Made by a program: the position numbers and the translations under genes. The notes under the pieces were generated by a model that did not search any database, was not told the DNA's origin, and was given only the letters and a program-made list of their open reading frames with translations. This document shows, one piece after another, positions 1 through 9,475 of a stretch of 64,000 nt of DNA (positions within the stretch are counted from its first letter, which is position 1; every line of letters begins with the position of its first letter). Source of the stretch: an uncultured Balneolaceae bacterium (GTDB taxonomy: Bacteria > Bacteroidota > Rhodothermia > Balneolales > Balneolaceae); contig CAKZLH010000165.1 of the NCBI GenBank assembly GCA_937125285.1, positions 37,295-101,294 on the forward strand, read 5' to 3'.

Positions 1-45
1 GATCAACTTTTCCGATGGGTAGAGTTTTCGCATAGAAACCGAGCC

Positions 46-549
46 TTATTGAATCAGGATATCCCCAAAAGTGATTAAACGCTGATTTCCATCGTACAAC
101 AGCAAACGATGTAACCCCCGAGCTAATTCGGCATTACTACCAAAGTTCCGTGTATCAATAACAAAGGTTACCAACTCGAATTCTGAGCTTACTATTTCCT
201 GTTGAAGGGGAACCCATCGCTGATTGAAATTGAGATACCCCAATTCTAGATACGACTGAATCGGCGCCCCATTTAGAGTTAATTCAATGTAGGCCGTCCC
301 TCCATAGTTTATAGGATTCGGAAACAGCGGAAGTACTTGCAACAATCCTTCGTAAAAGGGAGAAACTCTCCAATCTTGTTTATCTGCTTCCAGAATATTT
401 TGCTGGAGATCAGTTTTAGTGTAGCCAGTGGGCGGTTGATAGGCTTCTGCTTCAAATTGTTGCTGAGCATCATCTTGTGTACAATTATATCCAAAGAGGG
501 AATGGATAAGAAAAAAAGTAAATAGAAGTAAACGCTTCACGAATTTCAA
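46..549 (-). CDS. hypothetical secreted protein
   Basis: 167-aa ORF with a hydrophobic signal-like N-terminus (MKFVKRLLLFTFFLIHSLFG); ends in TAA; no family recognised. Confidence 0.5.
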   Translation of the reverse strand: MKFVKRLLLFTFFLIHSLFGYNCTQDDAQQQFEAEAYQPPTGYTKTDLQQNILEADKQDWRVSPFYEGLLQVLPLFPNPINYGGTAYIELTLNGAPIQSYLELGYLNFNQRWVPLQQEIVSSEFELVTFVIDTRNFGSNAELARGLHRLLLYDGNQRLITFGDILIQ

Positions 550-634
550 TGGTTCTTGTTTTCAGCTATGGGTTTTGGATTTTTCAACCCGTATGTTTTA
601 GTCAATTGATAACAACCGAATTTTTACGCCTGTC

Positions 635-994
635 ATGTTACATCTTATCGGCATACCCAACTGTAATAAAATTAAAGATACACGTTCTTGGTTAGATGAT
701 AAAGGAATCTCCTATGAATTTATCAATGTTAAAAAGGAACCGCTCTCAAAGGATGAATTGAGTGAGCTCGCCCATAAAGTTGGGCTGGATGTATTGGTCA
801 ACAATCGAGGCACTACGTATCATAAATTAGGAATCAAAGAGATGCAACCATCCGAGGCCGAATTGCTAGAGTTGGCCCACACTCACCAGAATATGTTGAA
901 GCGGCCAATCCTGGTATTGGAGGAATCGGTTTTGGTGGGGTACGACGAGCAGGCGTTTGAGAGTTTTGCACGAGAGCACGAATTATTGAGCTGA
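635..994 (+). CDS. ArsC/Spx-family thioredoxin-fold protein (YffB-like)
   Basis: 119 aa; the N-terminal IGIPNCNKIKDTRSWLDDKGISYEFINVKK pattern is typical of the ArsC family; ends in TGA, so the host uses TGA as stop. Confidence 0.7.
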   Translation: MLHLIGIPNCNKIKDTRSWLDDKGISYEFINVKKEPLSKDELSELAHKVGLDVLVNNRGTTYHKLGIKEMQPSEAELLELAHTHQNMLKRPILVLEESVLVGYDEQAFESFAREHELLS

Positions 995-997
995 GGA

Positions 998-1813
998 ATG
1001 ACCCTTTCAACCCGAAAAAATAGAGTGATTAATCGGCTTGGGTGCTTGGTTATACTCCTGAGTATAAGTTGGAGGCCTGCAATGGCGCAGCAGCCATCGG
1101 TCCCGGATATTCTAAATGCTCAAGAGTGGTTTCGTTATGAGGTGAGTTATGGATTTTTCACTTTGGGATGGGTGGAGGTTTTTATGATGCCGGATACGCT
1201 ATACCAAGGTCAGATGCACCATCACTTGGTTACTCGTATGATTTCAAATGAACGTTTACCCTTGATTGGTTATGAACGGGATGAATTTCATAGTTTTTTC
1301 CGGCTCAATCAGGATGGTTTACCGGTTACCAGTTTGTTTTGGAAGGATAATTGGGATGAAGAGAAGCCCAAAGAAATCGTCTATTCATTTGATCGAGAAA
1401 GGGGCTTGGTCTACTATAAAGAGGAGGATGACACGGAGGGTGAATTGGACCTTTTTGAGCCCGCAACGGCTGGGCATGTGGTATTTGTGTACTCTCGCTT
1501 ATTTGCAGGGTCTCAATCCCAAACTCAACTACCCGTATTTGTAAGTAAGAAGCTAGGTTTTTTAGATTTTAATCACTCTGGGTCAACCGAACAACGCGAA
1601 TACGAAGCTTTTGACGCAGCTGTAACGACCCTGAAAACCACAGGTACTACCATAGATATTGCCGGACCATTCGGTTTTAGTGGCCGTTTCGATGCTTTTT
1701 TTCTGAATGATGAACTACGTGTTCCTTTGGAAGCAAGGGTGAAAATGTTTCTAGGGAGCGCCGTAGTGAAATTAGTAGAATATCGAAGAACCCCAAGTAT
1801 CACTCCTAATTAA
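998..1813 (+). CDS. DUF3108-like secreted protein
   Basis: 271 aa with a signal peptide (LVILLSISWRPAMAQQ); beta-rich with YEVSYGFFTLGWVEV; the family call is from memory only. Confidence 0.4.
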   Translation: MTLSTRKNRVINRLGCLVILLSISWRPAMAQQPSVPDILNAQEWFRYEVSYGFFTLGWVEVFMMPDTLYQGQMHHHLVTRMISNERLPLIGYERDEFHSFFRLNQDGLPVTSLFWKDNWDEEKPKEIVYSFDRERGLVYYKEEDDTEGELDLFEPATAGHVVFVYSRLFAGSQSQTQLPVFVSKKLGFLDFNHSGSTEQREYEAFDAAVTTLKTTGTTIDIAGPFGFSGRFDAFFLNDELRVPLEARVKMFLGSAVVKLVEYRRTPSITPN

Positions 1814-1828
1814 GCGATAGTACCTTTT

Positions 1829-2284
1829 ATGTCATCTTCACTCAATATTTCTTGTATTCAATTAGCCCACGCAAAGGATTTACCCTTACCAAGCTACGAG
1901 AGCGAATCTGCCGCTGGAATGGACCTTCGTGTGGCATTGGATAAGCCACTCACCATATTGCCTGGCCAGCGAGCCTTGTTGCCCACTGGTTTGAAATTAG
2001 CCATACCTGAGGGTTATGAAGTACAGATTCGACCAAGAAGTGGGCTAGCGATTAAACATGGGATCACGATGCTCAATAGTCCTGGAACCATCGATGCTGA
2101 TTTTCGCGGAGAATTGCATCTTATTGCGATTAATCATGGACAAGAAGCATTTACGGTTCAGCATGGAGATCGCATGGCCCAAATGGTGGTTCAAAAAGTC
2201 CATCAGGTCCAACTTATTCAGGTACAGGAATTGGATGAAACGACAAGGGGAGAGCAGGGTTTTGGCTCAACGGGGGTGTCCTAG
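1829..2284 (+). CDS. dut: dUTP diphosphatase
   Basis: 151 aa with [40 protein letters not shown] and a C-terminal [10 protein letters not shown] motif. Confidence 0.95.
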   Translation: MSSSLNISCIQLAHAKDLPLPSYESESAAGMDLRVALDKPLTILPGQRALLPTGLKLAIPEGYEVQIRPRSGLAIKHGITMLNSPGTIDADFRGELHLIAINHGQEAFTVQHGDRMAQMVVQKVHQVQLIQVQELDETTRGEQGFGSTGVS

Positions 2285-2287
2285 ATA

Positions 2288-3676
2288 ATGCCACAAGCAT
2301 CTGCTACTAAGAATACTTTGAAGGATTCATGGGCGCCCTTTGTTCAGTTAATAAGGGATTACCCATCGTTTAGGCGTCTTTGGATAGCTCAGGCTATATC
2401 TAACTTTGGGGATTGGTTTGGTCTATTAGCTCTTTATGCTTTGGTGCAACGCTTTTCAGATTCGGAATTTTTGTTGGGACTCATCATTATAGTCAAGATG
2501 CTAAGTTTAGCGTTGTTCTCTCCCGTTGCTGGCTTTCTGATCGATCGATTCAATCGTCGAAAACTCATGATCGCTTGTGATCTGGGTAGGGCCGTGAGTC
2601 TGCTGCTGATTTTAATGGTACAACAGGAGAGTTTGCTTTGGCTTGCTTATGTTCTAACCGCATTACAGATGATGTTATCAGCGGTTTTTGAACCTGCGAA
2701 AACAGCTTCTATACCCAATGTAACCCCGACCGAACGTCTGGTGGATGCCAATATCATATCCACGGCGACTTGGAGCATCATTTTTACAACAGGCATGGCC
2801 ATCGGTGGTTTTGCTACGGAGTGGATAGGAGTTGAAGGGGTATTTATCTTAGATGCATTGACCTATGTGGTTTCGGCATGGTTCATCTATCGCGCTACCA
2901 TTCCACAAGAGTCACAAGATGCCGATATACTTGGGTTGAATGGAGGTGAATCCATAGATGAACGGGTTGAAAAAGTAGGGGTTCTTCCACCAAAGATAAA
3001 ACCTACATCTCTATGGATGGATTTAAAACAGAATATAGGCAAGGACATTGTACTGGGGGCACGGTATCTAAAAGACAATACTCAAATCTTACGACCTGCC
3101 GTAGCTAAGGCGACTTCAACCATCTTTTTAGGTGGATTGGTATATATGTTGGTACTTATAAGTGAAGATGTACTTCAGATGGGTAGTATTGGCTTGGGTC
3201 TGTTATATGCTGCTAGGGGCATAGGTACAGGTATTGGTCCGGTCATAGCTCGTAAACATTTCACAGATGAAAGGTATTGGGTCCGATTGATGGGGGCTAG
3301 TATTGTCTTATCAGGGGCGATGTATTTAGTCGTTGGCTTGACGCACCTCTGGTGGATGATGTTCGTTTTTGTGTTACTCGCACATGCCGCTTCTGGGGCG
3401 AATTGGGTAACCTCCACGGTACTCCTTCAAAAAAGATCTAAAGATACATTCAGAGGTCGTGTTTTCAGTACCGAATGGTTGTTATTCACTCTGGGGAATT
3501 CAATTTCGGTCATGATTGCTTCTCTGCTCCTTGAATGGAAGCTATTCGAGCTACAAGAGCTTATCGCATATTTTGCCATCGGATTAATCATTGCAGGTTC
3601 CATCTGGCTATTTACAGTAGCAAATTGGGAGAAGCATTGGGTTAATTCGGTGTTGGAACCCGCGGTGGATGCCTAA
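2288..3676 (+). CDS. MFS transporter
   Basis: 462 aa with about 12 hydrophobic segments, a DRFNRRKLM loop motif after TM2 and a long central loop. Confidence 0.75.
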   Translation: MPQASATKNTLKDSWAPFVQLIRDYPSFRRLWIAQAISNFGDWFGLLALYALVQRFSDSEFLLGLIIIVKMLSLALFSPVAGFLIDRFNRRKLMIACDLGRAVSLLLILMVQQESLLWLAYVLTALQMMLSAVFEPAKTASIPNVTPTERLVDANIISTATWSIIFTTGMAIGGFATEWIGVEGVFILDALTYVVSAWFIYRATIPQESQDADILGLNGGESIDERVEKVGVLPPKIKPTSLWMDLKQNIGKDIVLGARYLKDNTQILRPAVAKATSTIFLGGLVYMLVLISEDVLQMGSIGLGLLYAARGIGTGIGPVIARKHFTDERYWVRLMGASIVLSGAMYLVVGLTHLWWMMFVFVLLAHAASGANWVTSTVLLQKRSKDTFRGRVFSTEWLLFTLGNSISVMIASLLLEWKLFELQELIAYFAIGLIIAGSIWLFTVANWEKHWVNSVLEPAVDA

Positions 3677-3880
3677 TTAATTTGGATGATTGTTCTCATC
3701 CATGCTTCCACTTCTAAACTCTATTTGTTCGTATTAGTACGTATTTTCTTTGCTAACTAGACAGTATTGTACCGCTGTGTTCTCTCTTAGTCGTAATAGC
3801 TTGTAAGCGAAGGTGAGTTACTCACCAACTCTATAGGTAATTACTAAAACTAACCAAAATTAAGTCAAGAGAGGATTTCA

Positions 3881-5446
3881 ATGAATCATCCAAAAACATA
3901 TGTGACATGTGCATTTGTCGCATTCAGCGCCCTATTCACGGGGGCATGTGAAACAAGTACAGAACCCGCAAATATCAACCATCCAAAATCATCTGAAGAC
4001 ACAGACTTGTGGGCTGGCGATATAATCGAATTACAAGCCGAACAGTTCTTTAATTCAGACTTTATGAGAAGTTATGAGTCTCAACTCATTGCTAGCTATG
4101 GAGCTGAAATTGTAGCCACTGCGTCACAGTGGAATGCCCAGAATTACAGTAGAGAAGACGACATAGAATCAAGCATGGAAACTTCGAGGTTGCTTGAATC
4201 CATGCCACATAAACCAAGTAGTCGTCAGACGAACACTCCCACACGTATTCGAATTTTACATGCCGAAGATACTTCCCAAGATTTTGTCATGGCAATGACG
4301 ATGTATGGAGGTGAACCTCAAAGCCAATCAAATAGTAAAAGAGAATGGCATACCCGTCATAAAAAACAGGATGAGAGTTATTATTCCTTCATGAGTCCAG
4401 ATCGTTTTTATGCCAACACGAACAGTGATGGGGTAGAAGAATGGCCAATTACGGTTCAAGCTCAATCCTTGGAGAACTCTAATGATGAGATTACGCTCGT
4501 ATTCAACAAGGATGGTTTGCTATGGAATCAACTAGATGATCATGCGTTTGCCGTTGCAAGCAGTGGAAAATTGATTATGTTGGATGCTATTTCTGTAGTT
4601 GAAAATGGTTGTGAGACTATTACAAAGCTTGAAGATTATCAAGCGTGTATGGAAGAAACGGAATCTGAGGAATCTCAAGCATCAGAGCAAGGTGAATGGG
4701 CAACCAAACAAACACCGAAGACTAATTTTGGGCGAGGAATGGATCCGGGTCGATACCAGCCTAATTCACTATATCTCGTTCTTAAAAGTTTACGGATACC
4801 TTTTACAGGTGATGGAGATGGACTTGCCGAATTGCAAATGTTCATGGACGCTGCTGATGATCGTACTTTTCCACTTCGGCATCGTTATCGCTTTGATCGG
4901 GTATATAGTTATAATCCAATTCATGGATGGTCATACAATACCATTATTGAAGGCGCTGATAAGTATTTTCCTTACTATAGGTATTATAAGGTGCCTGACA
5001 TTAATTATAAAAACCGACGCTACACCTTTAAAAACATCATAAGGTATCAAACTCTAGGGAATCCAAATAATCATCAACACTACCCAAGTTATGTCGATTA
5101 CTTTCCTCTGATTAATTTTTCACAGGTTTTTGGAGATTGGGAACTGGTATTAGTGGATGATGATAACATGTATACTCACTTTAGTCGAAGAAGAGTTGGT
5201 TCTACATTCTTTACAAAATTACTCAAGTCATTTAATCTAGAATTGGAGATAGTTGAGGAAATTGAACGCAGATTTACCAACATGACCCATCTTTTTGGTA
5301 GTAGTGATGATGTACTTGTGAATACGGGTGTTCATCAGATCAACTCAAAAACCACTCAAAATATTCTGGGTAGAGAATACGTTACCCGAGTGGTTGCACA
5401 AAATGGTCGTACTGCTGAGTATGGCTTTTCAGGAATTATAGACTAA
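3881..5446 (+). CDS. hypothetical lipoprotein
   Basis: 521 aa; lipobox-like FSALFTGAC; no family recognised. Confidence 0.5.
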   Translation: MNHPKTYVTCAFVAFSALFTGACETSTEPANINHPKSSEDTDLWAGDIIELQAEQFFNSDFMRSYESQLIASYGAEIVATASQWNAQNYSREDDIESSMETSRLLESMPHKPSSRQTNTPTRIRILHAEDTSQDFVMAMTMYGGEPQSQSNSKREWHTRHKKQDESYYSFMSPDRFYANTNSDGVEEWPITVQAQSLENSNDEITLVFNKDGLLWNQLDDHAFAVASSGKLIMLDAISVVENGCETITKLEDYQACMEETESEESQASEQGEWATKQTPKTNFGRGMDPGRYQPNSLYLVLKSLRIPFTGDGDGLAELQMFMDAADDRTFPLRHRYRFDRVYSYNPIHGWSYNTIIEGADKYFPYYRYYKVPDINYKNRRYTFKNIIRYQTLGNPNNHQHYPSYVDYFPLINFSQVFGDWELVLVDDDNMYTHFSRRRVGSTFFTKLLKSFNLELEIVEEIERRFTNMTHLFGSSDDVLVNTGVHQINSKTTQNILGREYVTRVVAQNGRTAEYGFSGIID

Positions 5447-5469
5447 TCAAATAATAAAAAAGGTGGGTT

Positions 5470-6627
5470 ATGAAAGGGTTATCAAGTTGGATATGGATTA
5501 TTCTGTTTGGGTTATGTGGTTTGGGGTGTTATCAAGCTCCTGTACAAGAAGAATGGGAATGGATAGGTCTCGAAAGAAATACTCCCTTTATTATGGGGCA
5601 AATTGAGGCTTCACCGGATACATTGTTGCACTATCCAGAAGTAGTTATTGGATGGGTTAATTCTGCAAGTAGCCTTGAAGAATATGAGCCTATTAAGGAT
5701 TTATATCCGCTCTACAAGCCCACCATGCATTCATCGGTAATTAAACTTTTCAACGAATTACACCTTGACTATAGACCCGATGGTGGTGCAGAAGTCATCA
5801 TCTCGGGTCCATTAGGGCACGCTGATGAGCAACGGGTTTACTTTCAGCATATTGAAAATGGTGTTTATTTAGATTTTAACCGCAGCTTGTCACTAAGAAG
5901 TGGGGCGAGCTATCGATTAGAGGTGACCATGTCCGATGGTAGAGTTTATGAATCACAAACTACCCTCCCGGAGGAATTTGATGTCTATTTTCCCGAGACC
6001 TATACTATGAACAGTTCACTTGAATTTTACGGTACAGGTGAGGCCATGGATTGGGGTCTTGATGAACTTAGAAGCTCCACCTACTATCCTCCAAAAGGTG
6101 CATTTATTGGTGTTGAGCAACTTAATACCAATTATGATCATTTGATATTTGACGTTGAAACAACAGATGACATGCCTTATTCCTACGCAGGAAACCATGC
6201 CAGGCAGGGGGCACGTTTCAACTATATTGGTGATATGCGTATGGGTGTTGTCTCTACCTTTCGATATATGATGGACTTGATAAGGAGGGATCAAGTAATC
6301 TATGATGCTGAAACTTATTTTCGCATTTCATTTCACAATAAAGACATAGGGTCCTATCTCTATCCATTAACCAACAGTGTTGCTTTAGAAGATACGGTCT
6401 CACTGCAGTACATCTATGATATCACGGATCGTGTAGACCTTCATGACCACACTCACCTTCTGTTGGATTCAAATATAGAATTTAAAGGCTTCAGTGCGGA
6501 TTCTATGAATTTGGGAAGGGGAGCAATAGGCAATTTTAGTGGTAGTACAGCGGTGTATCGCACCGTTAAAATAGAGCTTCAAAGAAACTATAATCTAGAC
6601 TCTCTTTTGCAGGTTCTTGGAATTTAA
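5470..6627 (+). CDS. hypothetical lipoprotein
   Basis: 385 aa; signal/lipobox ILFGLCGLGC; no family recognised. Confidence 0.5.
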   Translation: MKGLSSWIWIILFGLCGLGCYQAPVQEEWEWIGLERNTPFIMGQIEASPDTLLHYPEVVIGWVNSASSLEEYEPIKDLYPLYKPTMHSSVIKLFNELHLDYRPDGGAEVIISGPLGHADEQRVYFQHIENGVYLDFNRSLSLRSGASYRLEVTMSDGRVYESQTTLPEEFDVYFPETYTMNSSLEFYGTGEAMDWGLDELRSSTYYPPKGAFIGVEQLNTNYDHLIFDVETTDDMPYSYAGNHARQGARFNYIGDMRMGVVSTFRYMMDLIRRDQVIYDAETYFRISFHNKDIGSYLYPLTNSVALEDTVSLQYIYDITDRVDLHDHTHLLLDSNIEFKGFSADSMNLGRGAIGNFSGSTAVYRTVKIELQRNYNLDSLLQVLGI

Positions 6628-6650
6628 TCATAATTAGAAAAGGGTTAGGT

Positions 6651-7289
6651 ATGCATACAAAAATCAAGCTAAATCAAATGTTTAAAACGCCCATTTTGTG
6701 TTGTTGTATTGGGCTATTTACCGTGTTCAATACTAATTTGTTTGCTCAGAAGCACTCAAATCATGAAGTCAAATCTGACAAATACGTCTATTCATCCTTT
6801 AATGCTCTCTTGAAATCCCAATTTATGCCACTTGTAAATTACAATGAATTAGGTGAGCTCTATTTACAAGAGACACGATTTTTAGAATTGAATTATCAAC
6901 GTATGAATACATTCAGATCTCGATGGAATTTTGGATATCAATTAGGTTTTAGTGCAGCATACCGTGGGTATTCTGATCTGAAATTTAATGTCAGTTCTCC
7001 CTATGCTGCAGTCATAGTTAGGCGTGATACGAAGGAAACGAGCTTTGGCTTTGGTTATATACAGGCGAAATCTGGGCTCACTTGGAACAATAGTATACTC
7101 TATGTAGATCCACTTAGGTTTAAGACCATTGAATTGGAGATGGGAAGTCAGATTGGGTGGATGTTCCTAGATGAGGATAGAAGTGGTTTAAATCTAGAAT
7201 TTGGGCCAAGATGGGGTTTTGGTCGAAGAGGCCATATTCTCACCTATCAGTTAAGCTTAGGAGTAACATTGGGAGGTAGAAAGAAATGA
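6651..7289 (+). CDS. hypothetical secreted protein, possible small beta-barrel
   Basis: 212 aa with a signal peptide ending NLFAQ and alternating aromatic/Gly-rich strands. Confidence 0.4.
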   Translation: MHTKIKLNQMFKTPILCCCIGLFTVFNTNLFAQKHSNHEVKSDKYVYSSFNALLKSQFMPLVNYNELGELYLQETRFLELNYQRMNTFRSRWNFGYQLGFSAAYRGYSDLKFNVSSPYAAVIVRRDTKETSFGFGYIQAKSGLTWNNSILYVDPLRFKTIELEMGSQIGWMFLDEDRSGLNLEFGPRWGFGRRGHILTYQLSLGVTLGGRKK

Positions 7290-8014
7290 TAGCTAGATTA
7301 CCAATTGGGCTGTTTTGGGTTTTTGTACTATCAAGGTTTGCATTTGCCGAACCTGAAACAATGATTTATAAAAACACAACCAATGAATTAGATACCTTGG
7401 AAGTATACGCGGATCAATGGTTGAGTAAAGGAGATATGTTCTCTGAAGTTTCACTAATGGGGCGCTATGGAGTTGTTGTGTTAGGTAAAGAGAGTTTTCC
7501 AGATCAAAGAACATTTCGATTAACCAGTAAGATGAGCCTTCAGTATATGCTTACGAACAGAATCGGTATTGGATTGGCATTTGAAGGAGACATAAGTTCG
7601 TTTTACACAAGCCCAATATCATTAAGCTTGATGTATGACAAACTTACTTTATCATCGAGGATGTGGACGGGCGAAATTTTTTATGGGACTAGTCTGAAAA
7701 AAAGTTGGATAAACACGGGTTACTCTTCTCATCTCTATGGCGGGGTAGGTTTAGGGAAACGAATTGAGTCCACATTGATCATCGATACCAAAAACTACTC
7801 AGCATACAACCAGCTCTTTTCATATCAGTATTTCATTGGTTTTATGAAGCCCTTGTCTAAGCGTGTTGCAATAGGAACGAGATTTGAACGCCGGATATAT
7901 TCGGAGCCTTTTGAGGTAGAAGGTCTCACTCAGACTATCTTTCTAAATGATGAGGTCTTAAACACTTGGAGAAGGGATGTGAGTCTTAGGTTTAGCTTTA
8001 TTTATAAGTGGTAG
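7286..8014 (+). CDS. hypothetical outer-membrane beta-barrel-like protein
   Basis: 242 aa; signal peptide (FAFAEP); C-terminus RFSFIYKW ends in an aromatic residue, as in OMP barrels; start overlaps the upstream stop. Confidence 0.4.
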   Translation: MIARLPIGLFWVFVLSRFAFAEPETMIYKNTTNELDTLEVYADQWLSKGDMFSEVSLMGRYGVVVLGKESFPDQRTFRLTSKMSLQYMLTNRIGIGLAFEGDISSFYTSPISLSLMYDKLTLSSRMWTGEIFYGTSLKKSWINTGYSSHLYGGVGLGKRIESTLIIDTKNYSAYNQLFSYQYFIGFMKPLSKRVAIGTRFERRIYSEPFEVEGLTQTIFLNDEVLNTWRRDVSLRFSFIYKW

Positions 8015-8119
8015 ACAGGGTTGAGTTTTTTGCACATATTTTAAGCGATTTTAGAGCAGAATAAACTGGGGTTTTGTATATTACATTTTCAAAACTAACC
8101 CAAACCCAAATCTGCTCTC

Positions 8120-8788
8120 GTGAAAGCTTGGAAATATCTCATTATAATTTGGATGAGTGTCGTGATTATGGGAGGCTTTCTCATAACAATTCCTTTTATC
8201 CCTATTCTAGAGCAAACGGCTCGTAACATCTTTTTTCATGTTCCAATGTGGATGGCCATGTACACGATGTTTCTCATCAGCCTGTTTTATAGTATACAAT
8301 ACTTAAGAAAACCAAGTTGGTTGTATGATGTGAAAGCAGAGGCTTCTGCTAAGACTGGAATTGTATTTGGTGTGTGTGGATTGCTTACAGGGTCCCTATG
8401 GGCGAGATTTACGTGGGGGACTTGGTGGACTTTTGCAGAACCAAAAATGAATTTAGCGGCTTTGGCACTCATGATTTATGTAGCGTATTTTATGTTGCGT
8501 TCTGCATTTGATGATCAAAAAAAACGAGCACGAATTTCAGCTGTGTACAATATTTTTGCAGTTACCACGATTCCATTTTTACTTTATGTAGTACCTCGCC
8601 AACTAACTAGTCTGCATCCTGGAGCAGATGGTAATCCGGCATTTTCTGAAATTACAGCAGCTGAACTAAGGTTTATCTTATATCCAGCCATGATAGGGTT
8701 CATAGCTCTCTCATATTGGGTATACGACATAACTTACCGAGCAAATCGCGTTCGATACATAGCAGAACATGGTTCAATTACTAGTTAA
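8120..8788 (+). CDS. ccmC: cytochrome c assembly / heme exporter protein CcmC-like
   Basis: 222 aa (GTG start), six TM segments, Trp-rich loop WARFTWGTWWTFAEPKMN; lies directly upstream of ccmE/ccmF. Confidence 0.75.
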   Translation: MKAWKYLIIIWMSVVIMGGFLITIPFIPILEQTARNIFFHVPMWMAMYTMFLISLFYSIQYLRKPSWLYDVKAEASAKTGIVFGVCGLLTGSLWARFTWGTWWTFAEPKMNLAALALMIYVAYFMLRSAFDDQKKRARISAVYNIFAVTTIPFLLYVVPRQLTSLHPGADGNPAFSEITAAELRFILYPAMIGFIALSYWVYDITYRANRVRYIAEHGSITS

Positions 8789-8791
8789 TAT

Positions 8792-9070
8792 ATGATTATG
8801 TTATTCATCCTTTCACTAATACTCTTACAGGTTCAAGATTCTGCGGTTGTTTTGGATACGCTGAGCCAAGCCTATTCAGACAAGTGGATGGCCAGTTCAC
8901 TTGAAACCGAAAGCTTCTTTGCTTCATTTATGAGTTCCAATAACCTTATTTTTGTGGTTTTGGGAGTAACATTAATTATATGGACCGTACTAATTGTTTA
9001 TTTGACCCGTATAGATAAGAAATTATCAATGCTCGAAAACCATCAAAACTATTCTTCAGATGAAGCCTAA
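8792..9070 (+). CDS. small membrane protein, CcmD-like by position
   Basis: 92 aa with one central TM helix, between ccmC and ccmE; positional inference only. Confidence 0.35.
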   Translation: MIMLFILSLILLQVQDSAVVLDTLSQAYSDKWMASSLETESFFASFMSSNNLIFVVLGVTLIIWTVLIVYLTRIDKKLSMLENHQNYSSDEA

Positions 9071-9473
9071 ATTAATTCTTGGAATCATTGCCATTGTTGC
9101 TTTTACCTCCCTTTTACTTTATAACTTTGGAGAAAGCATAAGTACGTATACTGATTTTGAAAAAGCTGAAACTATGAAAAGTGCTCATGTACCTGGTACG
9201 TGGGAATCGGAACGGGACTATGGGTTTTCTAGAGAAACCATGCAGTTCAGTTTTTACATGAAAGATGAATCTGGCGAAGTGAAAAAGGTGATTTACAGCA
9301 AGCCTAAACCGAATAATTTTGAACAAGCAGATCGTCTTGTTGTCATTGGTGAAATGCGAAATGATGTATTTTATGCCAATGAAATGCTCATGAAATGTCC
9401 TTCCAAATATAACGCAACGGATGCTGAGAGCTATGGTGCTCAGCCTGTAGCGGCTGGAATTCAAGGTAAGTAG
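9060..9473 (+). CDS. ccmE: cytochrome c maturation heme chaperone CcmE (CxxxY variant)
   Basis: 137 aa with an N-terminal TM anchor and an OB-fold-like body; the heme-binding position reads MKCPSKY (Cys in place of the canonical His of HxxxY). Confidence 0.8.
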   Translation: MKPKLILGIIAIVAFTSLLLYNFGESISTYTDFEKAETMKSAHVPGTWESERDYGFSRETMQFSFYMKDESGEVKKVIYSKPKPNNFEQADRLVVIGEMRNDVFYANEMLMKCPSKYNATDAESYGAQPVAAGIQGK

Positions 9474-9475
9474 CC

